Below are positions 43,640-52,003 of a stretch of 64,000 bases of DNA, in pieces. A model generated the notes under the pieces. That model made no database searches, was not told where the DNA came from, and was given only the letters and a program-made list of their open reading frames with translations. The translations under genes and the position numbers were made by a program. Origin of the DNA: a virus; IMG/VR virus record IMGVR_UViG_3300027844_002282. The stretch is one strand, 5' to 3'. Each line of letters opens with the position of its first letter. Within the stretch, counting starts at the first letter, position 1.

Positions 43640-43882
43640 AAACAGTGTTGAGATTACACTGATTGGAGGCAAAGTTGTTTCTTTTCAACATTATTTACTC
43701 CGAAATCAGTGTAAATTTTACACCGATTGTCTGGAAAGATGTCGAAAATAGCCAAAACACTTTTTAGTCTTTGATTTACTCTGAAATCAGTGTAAAATTT
43801 ACATCGATTGAGCCAACGGATTTTTCAATCTCTTCTTTTCAATAATACTTTGCCCGCAAACAGTGTTGAGATTACACTGATT
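43640..43882. repeat. Four 25-bp imperfect palindromes AATCAGTGTAA-N3-TTACACTGATT (possible origin iterons or operators)
   Basis: Copies start at 43640, 43704, 43785 and 43858 in the largest intergenic gap, at the strand switch. Confidence 0.75.
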
Positions 43883-43943
43883 AGCGAGTAAGTGGTGTAA
43901 AATCGAAAAGTTCAGATCGAACAACAAAATTTAACATACCAGC

Positions 43944-43971
43944 TTGAAATGAGCGGTTTTTAAGGTATGTT
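43944..43971 (+). promoter_or_regulatory. Sigma70-like promoter TTGAAA-N16-TATGTT
   Basis: Upstream of the RdgC-like gene. Confidence 0.45.
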
Positions 43972-44025
43972 ACATCCATTAGAAAAGCACGAAAGAAATT
44001 AAAAAAACGAATCAGAGGTAGAACT

Positions 44026-45306
44026 ATGAGCTTTGAAAAGGGCGGAATGACATTTCGAGTACTAAAACCACAAGTGGCGAGAGCAAGCGAAACGGAACAG
44101 GATCTCTTGGATCTTTCCTATCTCGAAACACCCGGCGTTGGCGACTACACCACAGTGGATGTATGTAGAGGCGTAACATTGCATACTGGTGAAAAGCCAG
44201 AAGGCGAAGACTTTTTGAAATACGGTGAGAATGTCTATTTCGCCATGAGAACCAGAGAAAGGGTCATTGATAAAAAAGCAGTTAAGGAACTTGTCAATTA
44301 CTTGTTAGATAAATTCTATACCGAAAAGGGATATGTGGCCAAGGGCAAGAACGTCAAAGAAATCAAAGAGAATGCTGAAGCTATTCTCGCTGACAAGACC
44401 TTCGAGGACTGCTCTGGTATTCGCGCCGTACTCACTCGACCAAAGGCCAATCTTCTCGTGGAGGGAGCCTCTATCAAAAAGGTTGATTCTCTCTTAGACG
44501 GAATGGGCTTGGACACCGCAACCAATTATACGGTATTATCCCCCGACGAACTCTTTACATCCATCACCGGAAAATCGCCAGCAGAATATCTTCCGTATTC
44601 TATTAACGGAAAGTCAACCACAGCAGAAATAGGTAAAGACTTTCTCACGTGGCTCTGGATGGCCTCCGAGACCGATGGTAAGTTGCCTGGGAAGATCGTG
44701 ACCGCTCTTTGCGGAGATATTGTCATGAAGGGCGAAGGAAGAAGTTCTTTGACCACAAAGCTCAGTAAGGGTACGCCTTGGGCTGGGGAAGAGGTATGCG
44801 CCGCATTCAACGAACATAAGAAAGTGTCGTCAGCCAAGTTTCGCGTAATAACGAAGGATGACTACATTGTCGAATGTATGATTGACGAAGAGTTTGTCTT
44901 TTCTGGATTTAAGACCATCACTGAAATTGATGGAAAAGACCCTCAAGAAATCATGGACGAAAGGATAAGAATGGTTGAAAGCTTTCTTGAAACCATTGAG
45001 GCGCTCTTCGAACGATTTTTACAAGAAGTCGATCCTGAACAGGTCGTGACAGCTTGGGTCCACCGTAAACAGGCCGCTCAAATCCAGGTTCAAATAGATT
45101 CTGGAATGGCAGACGCGAGACCGGATGCGCCTCTTGCGGATGGCTCATTTCATATGGATGTAGAACCATGTCCTAAATGTGGGAAAAGTCATGACGCGCT
45201 TATTTTTACAAGCTTGACAGCGCCATTCCAAGACTACAGTCACTGGGGGATGTGTCCCGATAGTCATGATCCAATTATGATGAAAAAAAGAGAGGATGAC
45301 TCTTAA
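44026..45306 (+). CDS. RdgC-like recombination-associated DNA-binding protein with C-terminal Cys/His tail
   Basis: YFAMRTRERVI, EIKENA...L, IGKDFLTWLW; CPKC..H..C tail. Confidence 0.65.
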   Translation: MSFEKGGMTFRVLKPQVARASETEQDLLDLSYLETPGVGDYTTVDVCRGVTLHTGEKPEGEDFLKYGENVYFAMRTRERVIDKKAVKELVNYLLDKFYTEKGYVAKGKNVKEIKENAEAILADKTFEDCSGIRAVLTRPKANLLVEGASIKKVDSLLDGMGLDTATNYTVLSPDELFTSITGKSPAEYLPYSINGKSTTAEIGKDFLTWLWMASETDGKLPGKIVTALCGDIVMKGEGRSSLTTKLSKGTPWAGEEVCAAFNEHKKVSSAKFRVITKDDYIVECMIDEEFVFSGFKTITEIDGKDPQEIMDERIRMVESFLETIEALFERFLQEVDPEQVVTAWVHRKQAAQIQVQIDSGMADARPDAPLADGSFHMDVEPCPKCGKSHDALIFTSLTAPFQDYSHWGMCPDSHDPIMMKKREDDS

Positions 45307-45377
45307 AAGCCACCCTCTCTTATATCAATATCCTATAATTGGGACAATACTATACTATAATTGGGATAATATTAAAA

Positions 45378-45815
45378 CTAAACTGTGTTCTCCAAACGTA
45401 CTCTTTCTTTCTCAGCGTCGGCGTTTTCCGCCGCCTGCTCAGAGGCCTTGTCTTGTGATATTTCATTCTCGGTTAACTCTATCTTCTTCTCAACATCAAA
45501 AAGACTTGTGGGTTTACCCTTAGCGACATCAGCTAAAGCCGTTATTACGGCCTTGATGTCGTTTGGAACGGCAACGGTTTCTGGGTCCATAACATTATTC
45601 GGGGCCAAAAGTCTTTTTAGATCAGAGTCATTAATAAATGTAGAAAGACCCATTTCTACAATATTTTGAATCATAGTAAGGCATTCTTCTTTAACAGTTT
45701 GACTGTCGTCCCACTGCGCTATTTTACCAATAGACTTCCATTCCTTCTTGCTAATTTGAAGAAGCTTCCGTGATTTGCCATTAGAGTTGGCTATTTTTGT
45801 TGTCACAATTCTCAT
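45378..45815 (-). CDS. Hypothetical protein
   Basis: 145 aa; WKSIGKIAQW motif. Confidence 0.65.
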   Translation of the reverse strand: MRIVTTKIANSNGKSRKLLQISKKEWKSIGKIAQWDDSQTVKEECLTMIQNIVEMGLSTFINDSDLKRLLAPNNVMDPETVAVPNDIKAVITALADVAKGKPTSLFDVEKKIELTENEISQDKASEQAAENADAEKERVRLENTV

Positions 45816-46139
45816 TTATATCCCGACCCTTTGCAGTTGGTTGTGTAAATTTGTCACCAGGTCACCGATATCTGTGAGAGATCTCTTGAGACCCTCAACG
45901 GCTTCAACCCTATGCCCAATAGAGGAACTAAGCCTTGCAATTTTTGTTCTTGCCGATACAATCTCACTCAACATAGTATTTAAAGTATCATAAGGTGTGC
46001 TTTCGCCATCCTCTTCAGGCTCATGTATCTCAGCAGCCTTGACTTCTCTTTTTTCAACAACCGGGAAATCAAGCTTGAAACTATCTTTATACTCCAGCTT
46101 ACTTAGCTTTTCAAAAATATCTTTGTTTACATCTCTCAT
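45816..46139 (-). CDS. Coiled-coil hypothetical protein
   Basis: 107 aa with AGGAG RBS. Confidence 0.6.
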   Translation of the reverse strand: MRDVNKDIFEKLSKLEYKDSFKLDFPVVEKREVKAAEIHEPEEDGESTPYDTLNTMLSEIVSARTKIARLSSSIGHRVEAVEGLKRSLTDIGDLVTNLHNQLQRVGI

Positions 46140-46156
46140 AATTTTTCTCCTGACGC

Positions 46157-46597
46157 CTATGGGCCGTGAGGGCCACTTTGTGCATGTTTATATTCTACAT
46201 TAAAATCGGCCTGTTTTCCTTCCGCATCGTCATTTAGCGCTCCAGCATCAGCTGTTTTTATGTTTTCACCATCAAGTATGAATATATCAGCGCCGTCTTT
46301 ATTTTCGGAATCAACCTCTGAAGCTCTCTCTATTGCCGAGGGTGGAGCAGTATTTTTTTCGTCAAAAGATTGTTTGAGATAATTCATACCAAGGAAAACT
46401 ACAATTGTGCAAATTGCAGCGGCTGCGCCCCATAGCCCAGACTTTACTTTAAGCTGTGCGACATCTACAGTTAAAACCGTAACGTCGTTCCTGAGATCAC
46501 CGATGTTATCGTTTAGTCTTTTTAATTCGGCAAGAACGTGATTGGCCCATTGACCCCACTCTCCATTACCACCTGAATTTTTATCATCAGATCCCAT
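46157..46597 (-). CDS. Membrane protein, coiled coil plus one TM helix (holin/XhlA-like architecture)
   Basis: LKRLNDNIGDLRNDV..LKVKSGLWGAAAAICTIVVFLG. Confidence 0.55.
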   Translation of the reverse strand: MGSDDKNSGGNGEWGQWANHVLAELKRLNDNIGDLRNDVTVLTVDVAQLKVKSGLWGAAAAICTIVVFLGMNYLKQSFDEKNTAPPSAIERASEVDSENKDGADIFILDGENIKTADAGALNDDAEGKQADFNVEYKHAQSGPHGP

Positions 46598-46622
46598 TTT
46601 TCACATTCCCATATTAAAGAAG

Positions 46623-47462
46623 TTATCTCTGGGTTTTTAATACATAAAGCTCGGATTGTTCTCCTTTAATATTTATACATAATGTCGTTATTTCTATGTC
46701 ACAACTTGGCCCTGAAATGGGACTTGTATTACAACTAAAAACTATCGTCTCGCCTCCCCAGGCAATTATTGGCTTAAAAAACACATCTATATCCATGCCA
46801 ACTAATTCGACATTCGACTTTGGACCTCTTAAGAAATCATATCCTGACTTGTTAGCATATTTGATAATTCCACAGTTTACCACTATAGCTGGACAGTAGA
46901 TCATATCAATAACTTGATCTACAACAAGGATTGTCCTATCCTTTTCATTAAACTCTTCTTCCACGTCCCTTATAGATACAATATATCCAGAGATCCCATT
47001 CTTTACTGGGGAAACAACAATGTCCGCATGAAAGCTTTTTCCCTTGTCTCCACAAACCTCATCCTGATAGGAGCACTTAACCCCCCCCGTTCTTTCAATA
47101 CCATTGCTCAAGGCCGTGCTAAACGGCTCTCTATCTTTCCCGTCTTCAGAAGGTATAAAAATGAATTTTGAGACATGGAGCCCCTTGACCTCATTAAATA
47201 TAATACCAAACATTTTTTCAGAAGCAGGGTTTATAAAAACAATATTCTCAGATTCATCAAGAACTAAGAAGCCATCGGCAGAGGTGGATAAAATAGAGTC
47301 GGTTATCTTATATAGAGCCTTCAATTCAAAATCCTGAGAAGATATATCATTGGCCATTTTGGACAAGTCATCCAGTCTTCCTTGATTTTTTTTATGTTCT
47401 ATTTCCATGCGCTTGCTTTTCTCAACAGCATCGCCGACAAATAACTTCACAACCCAGTTCAA
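46623..47462 (-). CDS. PAS-domain protein with no output domain
   Basis: ILSTSADGFLVLD..IVFINPASEKMFG...EVKG...SIRDV; second degenerate PAS (IKYANKS). Confidence 0.75.
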   Translation of the reverse strand: MNWVVKLFVGDAVEKSKRMEIEHKKNQGRLDDLSKMANDISSQDFELKALYKITDSILSTSADGFLVLDESENIVFINPASEKMFGIIFNEVKGLHVSKFIFIPSEDGKDREPFSTALSNGIERTGGVKCSYQDEVCGDKGKSFHADIVVSPVKNGISGYIVSIRDVEEEFNEKDRTILVVDQVIDMIYCPAIVVNCGIIKYANKSGYDFLRGPKSNVELVGMDIDVFFKPIIAWGGETIVFSCNTSPISGPSCDIEITTLCINIKGEQSELYVLKTQR

Positions 47463-47562
47463 AATTATACCTCACTGATAAAAAGAGTTAGAAAAAACAT
47501 ATAACACTGTTGTATTAAGTGAGATTTGACACAATCCCTTTGTGTCCAATAATGGATACAAA

Positions 47563-48297
47563 CTAATCTAAGTCAACACCGGTCCCCTTTTGTCTCTCTT
47601 TTATGATCCTAGTCTGAACCTCCACCGGCATTTCCTCATTTTGAATATGAGAAGTCCTATCCAAGTGTTGAATATCCAGAGATCTTTTTTGTTGCCAGAA
47701 TCCGCTGGCCATATCTACCATAGCTGAACCAAGACTATTTATCAGTCTGGTAATAGGCTGTAAGAACGGAATGTTTTGAAAAGCCATCCCTATCATAGTG
47801 AAAGCCAATCCGAAGCCAAGAAGGTACAAAAGGATCAACATGACTCCACTCATTTTCCACTTCCCCTTAGACTTGTTAATCGCATATTCTGAAAAATCGG
47901 TAAACGCTTTAGCACCCGCTTCCTGATCTTTGGATATATCTTGAACCAGACGAGCATCCTCGATAATACCTGAGCTTTTACCTATAATAGCATCTGTATG
48001 CTCAGAGGTTTGGGCAACGATTCCAGGAGCGCCCTTACGAACGATTTTATCGACTTCCGCTGTACGTCCAAGGATCTCAGCCGCATCTTCCTCGATACGC
48101 TCGCCTATTATCCCAACCGCTTCAGCGTTTTCACGCGCCTGTTTCGCTACAATAGCGGCTTCCCCGGCCTCAATTGCCAACCCAACGTCCTCGCCCTGCC
48201 TACCAGAGCTAAAGAAGCTTCGGCCCCCACCAACACACCCCGACATCAACACTGTCAACACCAACGAGATGATTAACATTTTTGGGACGGTCATCAT
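47563..48297 (-). CDS. Lipoprotein with helical region and TM helix (spanin-like architecture)
   Basis: Lipobox LMSG-C, helical middle region, hydrophobic VMLILLYLLGFGLAFTMIGMAF. Confidence 0.55.
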   Translation of the reverse strand: MMTVPKMLIISLVLTVLMSGCVGGGRSFFSSGRQGEDVGLAIEAGEAAIVAKQARENAEAVGIIGERIEEDAAEILGRTAEVDKIVRKGAPGIVAQTSEHTDAIIGKSSGIIEDARLVQDISKDQEAGAKAFTDFSEYAINKSKGKWKMSGVMLILLYLLGFGLAFTMIGMAFQNIPFLQPITRLINSLGSAMVDMASGFWQQKRSLDIQHLDRTSHIQNEEMPVEVQTRIIKERQKGTGVDLD

Positions 48298-48388
48298 AAC
48301 TACCTCCGAACACGTGATTTAGAGGACTAAACGCTTAGGGCAATTGTATTTTTGCCGACCTCCAAACCATGAGCGTCTAACTATTATA

Positions 48389-48545
48389 TAGTATTCTAAT
48401 TAATGAAAAGGAAACCTTTATTTCCCACCAAAAGGAGGATTTTGTGAGAAGCTTTCTTAAAATGACTTGACATCGACCGTTTGTGGTGTATTATAAGCAC
48501 ATTGAAACAAACACATCGACATAAAAGTTTTTCGGAACGAAAGGA
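48389..48545. repeat. 157-bp direct repeat, copy 1 (divergent promoter cassette)
   Basis: Identical to 49287-49443; contains TTGACA-N16-TATTAT (+, 48467-48494) and AAAGG-N17-AGAAT (-, 48393-48419). Confidence 0.95.
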
Positions 48546-48560
48546 ACAGGATATTCAAAA

Positions 48561-48674
48561 ATGACTACAGCAATTACAACCAGAGTAAAAACGAATACAG
48601 TCGCTGCTATTATAGCAGCGTCCATCCGCCATGATAATGGTAGATGGAACGGGATTCGTTCCTCAGGGTTGTAG
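48561..48674 (+). CDS. Attenuator leader peptide, 37 aa (MTTAITTRVKTNTVAAIIAASIRHDNGRWNGIRSSGL)
   Basis: AGGA RBS; Thr/Ile/Ala-rich; its last codons form the antiterminator strand. Confidence 0.7.
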   Translation: MTTAITTRVKTNTVAAIIAASIRHDNGRWNGIRSSGL

Positions 48675-48700
48675 CCTTGTAGTTAAGTACAAGCGTACAA

Positions 48701-48740
48701 AAAAAAGGCCTGAGGGAATCAAAAACCTCAGGCCTTTTTT
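48701..48740 (+). terminator. Attenuator terminator hairpin
   Basis: AGGCCTGAGG-GAATCAAAAA-CCTCAGGCCT followed by a T run. Confidence 0.85.
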
Positions 48741-48756
48741 GTGTTCATACACAGAC

Positions 48757-48769
48757 GATCTTTGAAAAT
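48757..48769 (+). promoter_or_regulatory. rrn-type boxA-like antitermination element GATCTTTGAAAAT
   Basis: Resembles rrn leader boxA; related ACTTTGAAAAT at about 51346 before the second tRNA cluster. Confidence 0.5.
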
Positions 48770-48866
48770 AGAATAGAATAAAGAAAAAACAAAAGGGATG
48801 TTGTACTTCACGGTATAATAGACCTTTAACATACTCCTGTCTCTGCGTAACAAACAGAGGCAGATT

Positions 48867-48942
48867 GCGGACATCGTATAAAGGATAATTACCTTTGGCT
48901 TCCACCCAAATGATGTGAGTTCGAGTCTCACTGTTCGCTCCA
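48867..48942 (+). tRNA. tRNA-Gly(TCC)
   Basis: Cloverleaf, TTTGG-CT-TCC-AC-CCAAA, TTCGA, CCA. Confidence 0.9.
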
Positions 48943-48952
48943 ATTTTTTCTT

Positions 48953-49028
48953 GCGGGTATAGTTCAATTGGTAGAGCAATAGGTTTCCAACCTGTCTGTT
49001 GTCGGTTCGAATCCGACTACCCGCTCCA
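48953..49028 (+). tRNA. tRNA-Gly(TCC)
   Basis: Cloverleaf, ATAGG-TT-TCC-AA-CCTGT, CCA. Confidence 0.9.
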
Positions 49029-49030
49029 CT

Positions 49031-49132
49031 CTTGAAGGGGCTCCCGATTCTGAATATCAATGTAGGTGAGCCAAGTGGCGGATCGTGATTCAGCATGATC
49101 AAGTGGTGCCCAATCACCACCCTTCAAGACCA
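49031..49132 (+). ncRNA. tRNA-like RNA ending ACCA
   Basis: 8-bp acceptor-like stem CTTGAAGG/CCTTCAAG, three internal hairpins, no TTC T-loop. Confidence 0.55.
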
Positions 49133-49286
49133 TTTTTAATCACAACTGTTAAAAGGTTATATTATGGTAACGAAATGTATAAAAATAGTGGTGTTGCATG
49201 TTTGCTCTGATCGATCTATCTAATCTAAAATTGCCAGACATATCGACATTTATGGAAATGCACTCGAATAAGATCGAGTCAACGTT

Positions 49287-49443
49287 TAGTATTCTAATTA
49301 ATGAAAAGGAAACCTTTATTTCCCACCAAAAGGAGGATTTTGTGAGAAGCTTTCTTAAAATGACTTGACATCGACCGTTTGTGGTGTATTATAAGCACAT
49401 TGAAACAAACACATCGACATAAAAGTTTTTCGGAACGAAAGGA
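49287..49443. repeat. 157-bp direct repeat, copy 2 (promoter cassette for a two-gene insert)
   Basis: Identical to 48389-48545. Confidence 0.95.
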
Positions 49444-49458
49444 GAACGATGAGAACAA

Positions 49459-50277
49459 ATGAAAACTTACTGCATAATCGGTGCCTACGAGTATAATGGC
49501 AGTGCTCGTGATGCGATAGTCGAATACTTTTGTATGCAGGGGGTCGATGGCTTGGTTGTCGTTGATCATAGAAGCCAAAGACCGGCTAGCGACGAGATAG
49601 GGAATGCCGATGCTTGGATGTATCTATGCAGTGCTGCCTGTTCTGCTGGGATGGAGGTGATTTTTCAGTATCACGAATTACCGCGAAGCATAGACCAAGG
49701 ACGAATCGAGAAGATCGTGTCTACTGGGTGCGGCAAGATAAGTATCGGGAGCGCAGAAACTACAGAATGGGTCGGCTCTCACGAGTTGGCGGAAGAAAAC
49801 ATTGAGATTGGCAAGCGCATGGGTTTCGAGTGGGTGTGCGGCATAACGCCGAGGACGATCCTAATGGATTTACTTACTCGTAAGCGGAGAGAAGTTCTCG
49901 TCAGGAATAATGTCTTGTGCCTTACCCTTTCTCCCTATATCCTGTGGGGGTATATGTTTGCTGACGAGCGATTCCCCCATCAATGGGAAACCACGCTGGC
50001 GGGAAAGAACCTTCATGTCGAGTACGGTCTCACGCCGGAAAGACTTGCTGACTACGTTGAGCCACTTGACATAATGGCGGGAGTGGGATCACAGGTGGGT
50101 CTTGATGCCGGTAGCGCAGTATATGCCAAGATGTTAAACTTCAAGGGTTTGGTGATCTCGCTGCCGTTCGATCTGACGGGTGTGTTCGACACCTCAGTAA
50201 GAATGTCGCCTCCGGGCAGCTACCCGACTATTTGTGGGAATTTTGAAGAGGGAGGATACAGGAATGCCTATGCGTGA
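49459..50277 (+). CDS. Hypothetical protein, possible TIM-barrel-like enzyme
   Basis: 272 aa with alternating beta/alpha pattern; overlaps the next gene. Confidence 0.55.
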   Translation: MKTYCIIGAYEYNGSARDAIVEYFCMQGVDGLVVVDHRSQRPASDEIGNADAWMYLCSAACSAGMEVIFQYHELPRSIDQGRIEKIVSTGCGKISIGSAETTEWVGSHELAEENIEIGKRMGFEWVCGITPRTILMDLLTRKRREVLVRNNVLCLTLSPYILWGYMFADERFPHQWETTLAGKNLHVEYGLTPERLADYVEPLDIMAGVGSQVGLDAGSAVYAKMLNFKGLVISLPFDLTGVFDTSVRMSPPGSYPTICGNFEEGGYRNAYA

Positions 50278-51238
50278 CGGGATCGTGCTGAGATTTATTC
50301 CGGGGGTCACTTATTCTGTCGTCATTTTTCATATTGGTCACATGACCACGATGATGTGCAATTTTCTTTACGCGAAAAAGCATCATGGTATCTGCTATAT
50401 TGCGCCAGAGATAAGTACAATCGGGTTAAACGGAGCGGGGTTTATAAGACCGTACCTGTCGATAAGTGGCTATCGAACAGATACTTCTCTCAGGCTGTTT
50501 GGTAATCTGGGTATCCCGGAAGTACTGATAAGACCGATTCCAACATACTGGGGTGGCTTAGAGCTACGCCAAGAGATGAGTAAAAAACTTCATGCAGAAA
50601 CTGGAGCATCGATTAGCCAAATATTGGATGAATTCCCGAAGGCTGATATCAGTAGTTCGATAGTCGCTGTTTTTGATTTTCTCTTGGGGTCGAATGTCAT
50701 AATTCGCGGTGGTGATTGGAAGGGCATTGTAGATCCCCATATCCGTGCTTCGACTTATGTAGAGACCCATCGAGCGATCCTAAATTATTTAAGAGGGATA
50801 GTCGGTCAAGGTCCGATTACGGAACACTTCGCACCACTAGTTCTTTCGGACGGAGAGAAGATATCCAAGTCAGCCATTGCTGACATGGGAGAAGACCCCG
50901 TAGTAGTATTCCGAGAAGGGGGATGTTCGACGGAAAATGCCCCCGGAATTTCCCCTCTGGCGTATCTGGTATGGATGGCTGGAAAGGTTGGAGAGGATCT
51001 TAGGTCGATTGATGATTTTGTCAATTATTATCAGCTTTTCGACATCGAGGCTGTTCCGGAAGAGCTTGATTTTGTATTGGATGACCTGCTCAATGCCGAC
51101 GAGGTTGTCAAAAAAGCGTTCGGTCATACATCGAGTAGCGGCGATGACTTGGTGAAACACCTTGCTGTTTTCAGCGATGCTTTAGGGGTTAGTCGGGTCG
51201 ATGGCGTTTACGAGGATACTATAATTTGTAATTTTTGA
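50264..51238 (+). CDS. Minimal glutamyl-tRNA synthetase-like (GluRS/GluQ-RS-like) catalytic domain protein
   Basis: VLRFIP...FHIGH...NFLYAKKHHG, IIRGGDW, PLVLSDGEKISKS are GluRS HIGH, IRGED and KMSKS equivalents. Confidence 0.7.
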   Translation: MPMRDGIVLRFIPGVTYSVVIFHIGHMTTMMCNFLYAKKHHGICYIAPEISTIGLNGAGFIRPYLSISGYRTDTSLRLFGNLGIPEVLIRPIPTYWGGLELRQEMSKKLHAETGASISQILDEFPKADISSSIVAVFDFLLGSNVIIRGGDWKGIVDPHIRASTYVETHRAILNYLRGIVGQGPITEHFAPLVLSDGEKISKSAIADMGEDPVVVFREGGCSTENAPGISPLAYLVWMAGKVGEDLRSIDDFVNYYQLFDIEAVPEELDFVLDDLLNADEVVKKAFGHTSSSGDDLVKHLAVFSDALGVSRVDGVYEDTIICNF

Positions 51239-51454
51239 ACTTTTACAGAATGCATGGGATGAGCCTATTTCAAAGGTGGAAATAGAATTGTCCCCTGTGG
51301 AAAATAAGGATGCATCATCTATCCTGATTATAAAATATGCATAAATACTTTGAAAATGTTGGCGAAACCGGAAGTCATGACTCAGTGGAAACCCTCCGGT
51401 AACTCTCACCGACAGAAAACAAGAGAGCAATAGGCCTGGGCGGGAAAAATAGAT

Positions 51455-51532
51455 GCAGACTGTAGTGTTAGTAGCTCAGCACACTTGATTGTGGCTCAAG
51501 TAGGGGCGGTTCGAATCCGCTCAGCCTGCCCA
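51455..51532 (+). tRNA. tRNA-His(GTG)
   Basis: G-1, CTTGA-TT-GTG-GC-TCAAG, C discriminator, CCA. Confidence 0.85.
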
Positions 51533-51549
51533 TCTTTTGCTGTATAATA

Positions 51550-51636
51550 TCCAGTGTAAACCGTAATGGCAGCGGAACGGACTGTTAATCCGTGACATTT
51601 TATGTCCTGTAAGTTCAAGTCTTACCTCTGGAGCCA
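51550..51636 (+). tRNA. tRNA-Asn(GTT) with long variable arm
   Basis: ACGGA-CT-GTT-AA-TCCGT; extra GACAT-TTT-ATGTC arm; GCCA. Confidence 0.8.
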
Positions 51637-51646
51637 ATTTTATAAT

Positions 51647-51721
51647 AGGTCTGTAGCTTAGTTGGAAGAGCTACTGTCTTCTAAGCAGTTGGTCCGGGCT
51701 CGAATCCTGGCAGGAGCGCCA
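51647..51721 (+). tRNA. tRNA-Arg(TCT) with damaged acceptor stem (possible pseudogene)
   Basis: ACTGT-CT-TCT-AA-GCAGT; first three acceptor pairs mismatched. Confidence 0.6.
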
Positions 51722-51819
51722 GTCGCTCTATACGTCTCGTACCAAGCCGAGTGCAAACGGTTGGGATGTACCCGCAAGGGAAATTTTGCAACCGGATGGT
51801 ACCCGGCTGGACGAGCGCA
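51722..51819 (+). ncRNA. Double-pseudoknot structured RNA
   Basis: Five stems plus two 6-bp long-range pairings (see findings). Confidence 0.6.
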
Positions 51820-51827
51820 TTTTATTT

Positions 51828-51904
51828 GCCCCCGTAGTTCAATTGGATAGAGCAATAGTTTTCTAAACTATCTTGTGTAGGTTCGAGTCCTACCGGGGGT
51901 ACCA
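51828..51904 (+). tRNA. tRNA-Arg(TCT)
   Basis: ATAGT-TT-TCT-AA-ACTAT, CCA. Confidence 0.9.
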
Positions 51905-51915
51905 TTTCTCAAAGA

Positions 51916-51989
51916 GGGTCCGAAGCATTAAGGTGAGGCAATGGGTTTTTACCCTATGGAACAGGGATCATTACCCTGCGGGCCTACCA
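51916..51989 (+). tRNA. tRNA-Lys(TTT) with atypical T-loop
   Basis: ATGGG-TT-TTT-AC-CCTAT; T-loop ATCATTA; ACCA. Confidence 0.75.
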
Positions 51990-52003
51990 ATTTTCAAAAC
52001 AGC

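Noticed and set aside
43628-43882. CRISPR array
   Set aside because: Only four units of two types, irregular spacing, no cas genes; looks like protein-binding palindromes
49031-49132. tRNA-Sec
   Set aside because: TCA lies in a 6-nt loop; no long variable arm, no TTC T-loop, and discriminator A instead of G
51357-51450. ZTP (pfl) riboswitch
   Set aside because: TGGCGAAAC and GCCTGGGC are present but the GACTGGCG/CGCC pseudoknot pairing is missing; at most an unassigned structured leader
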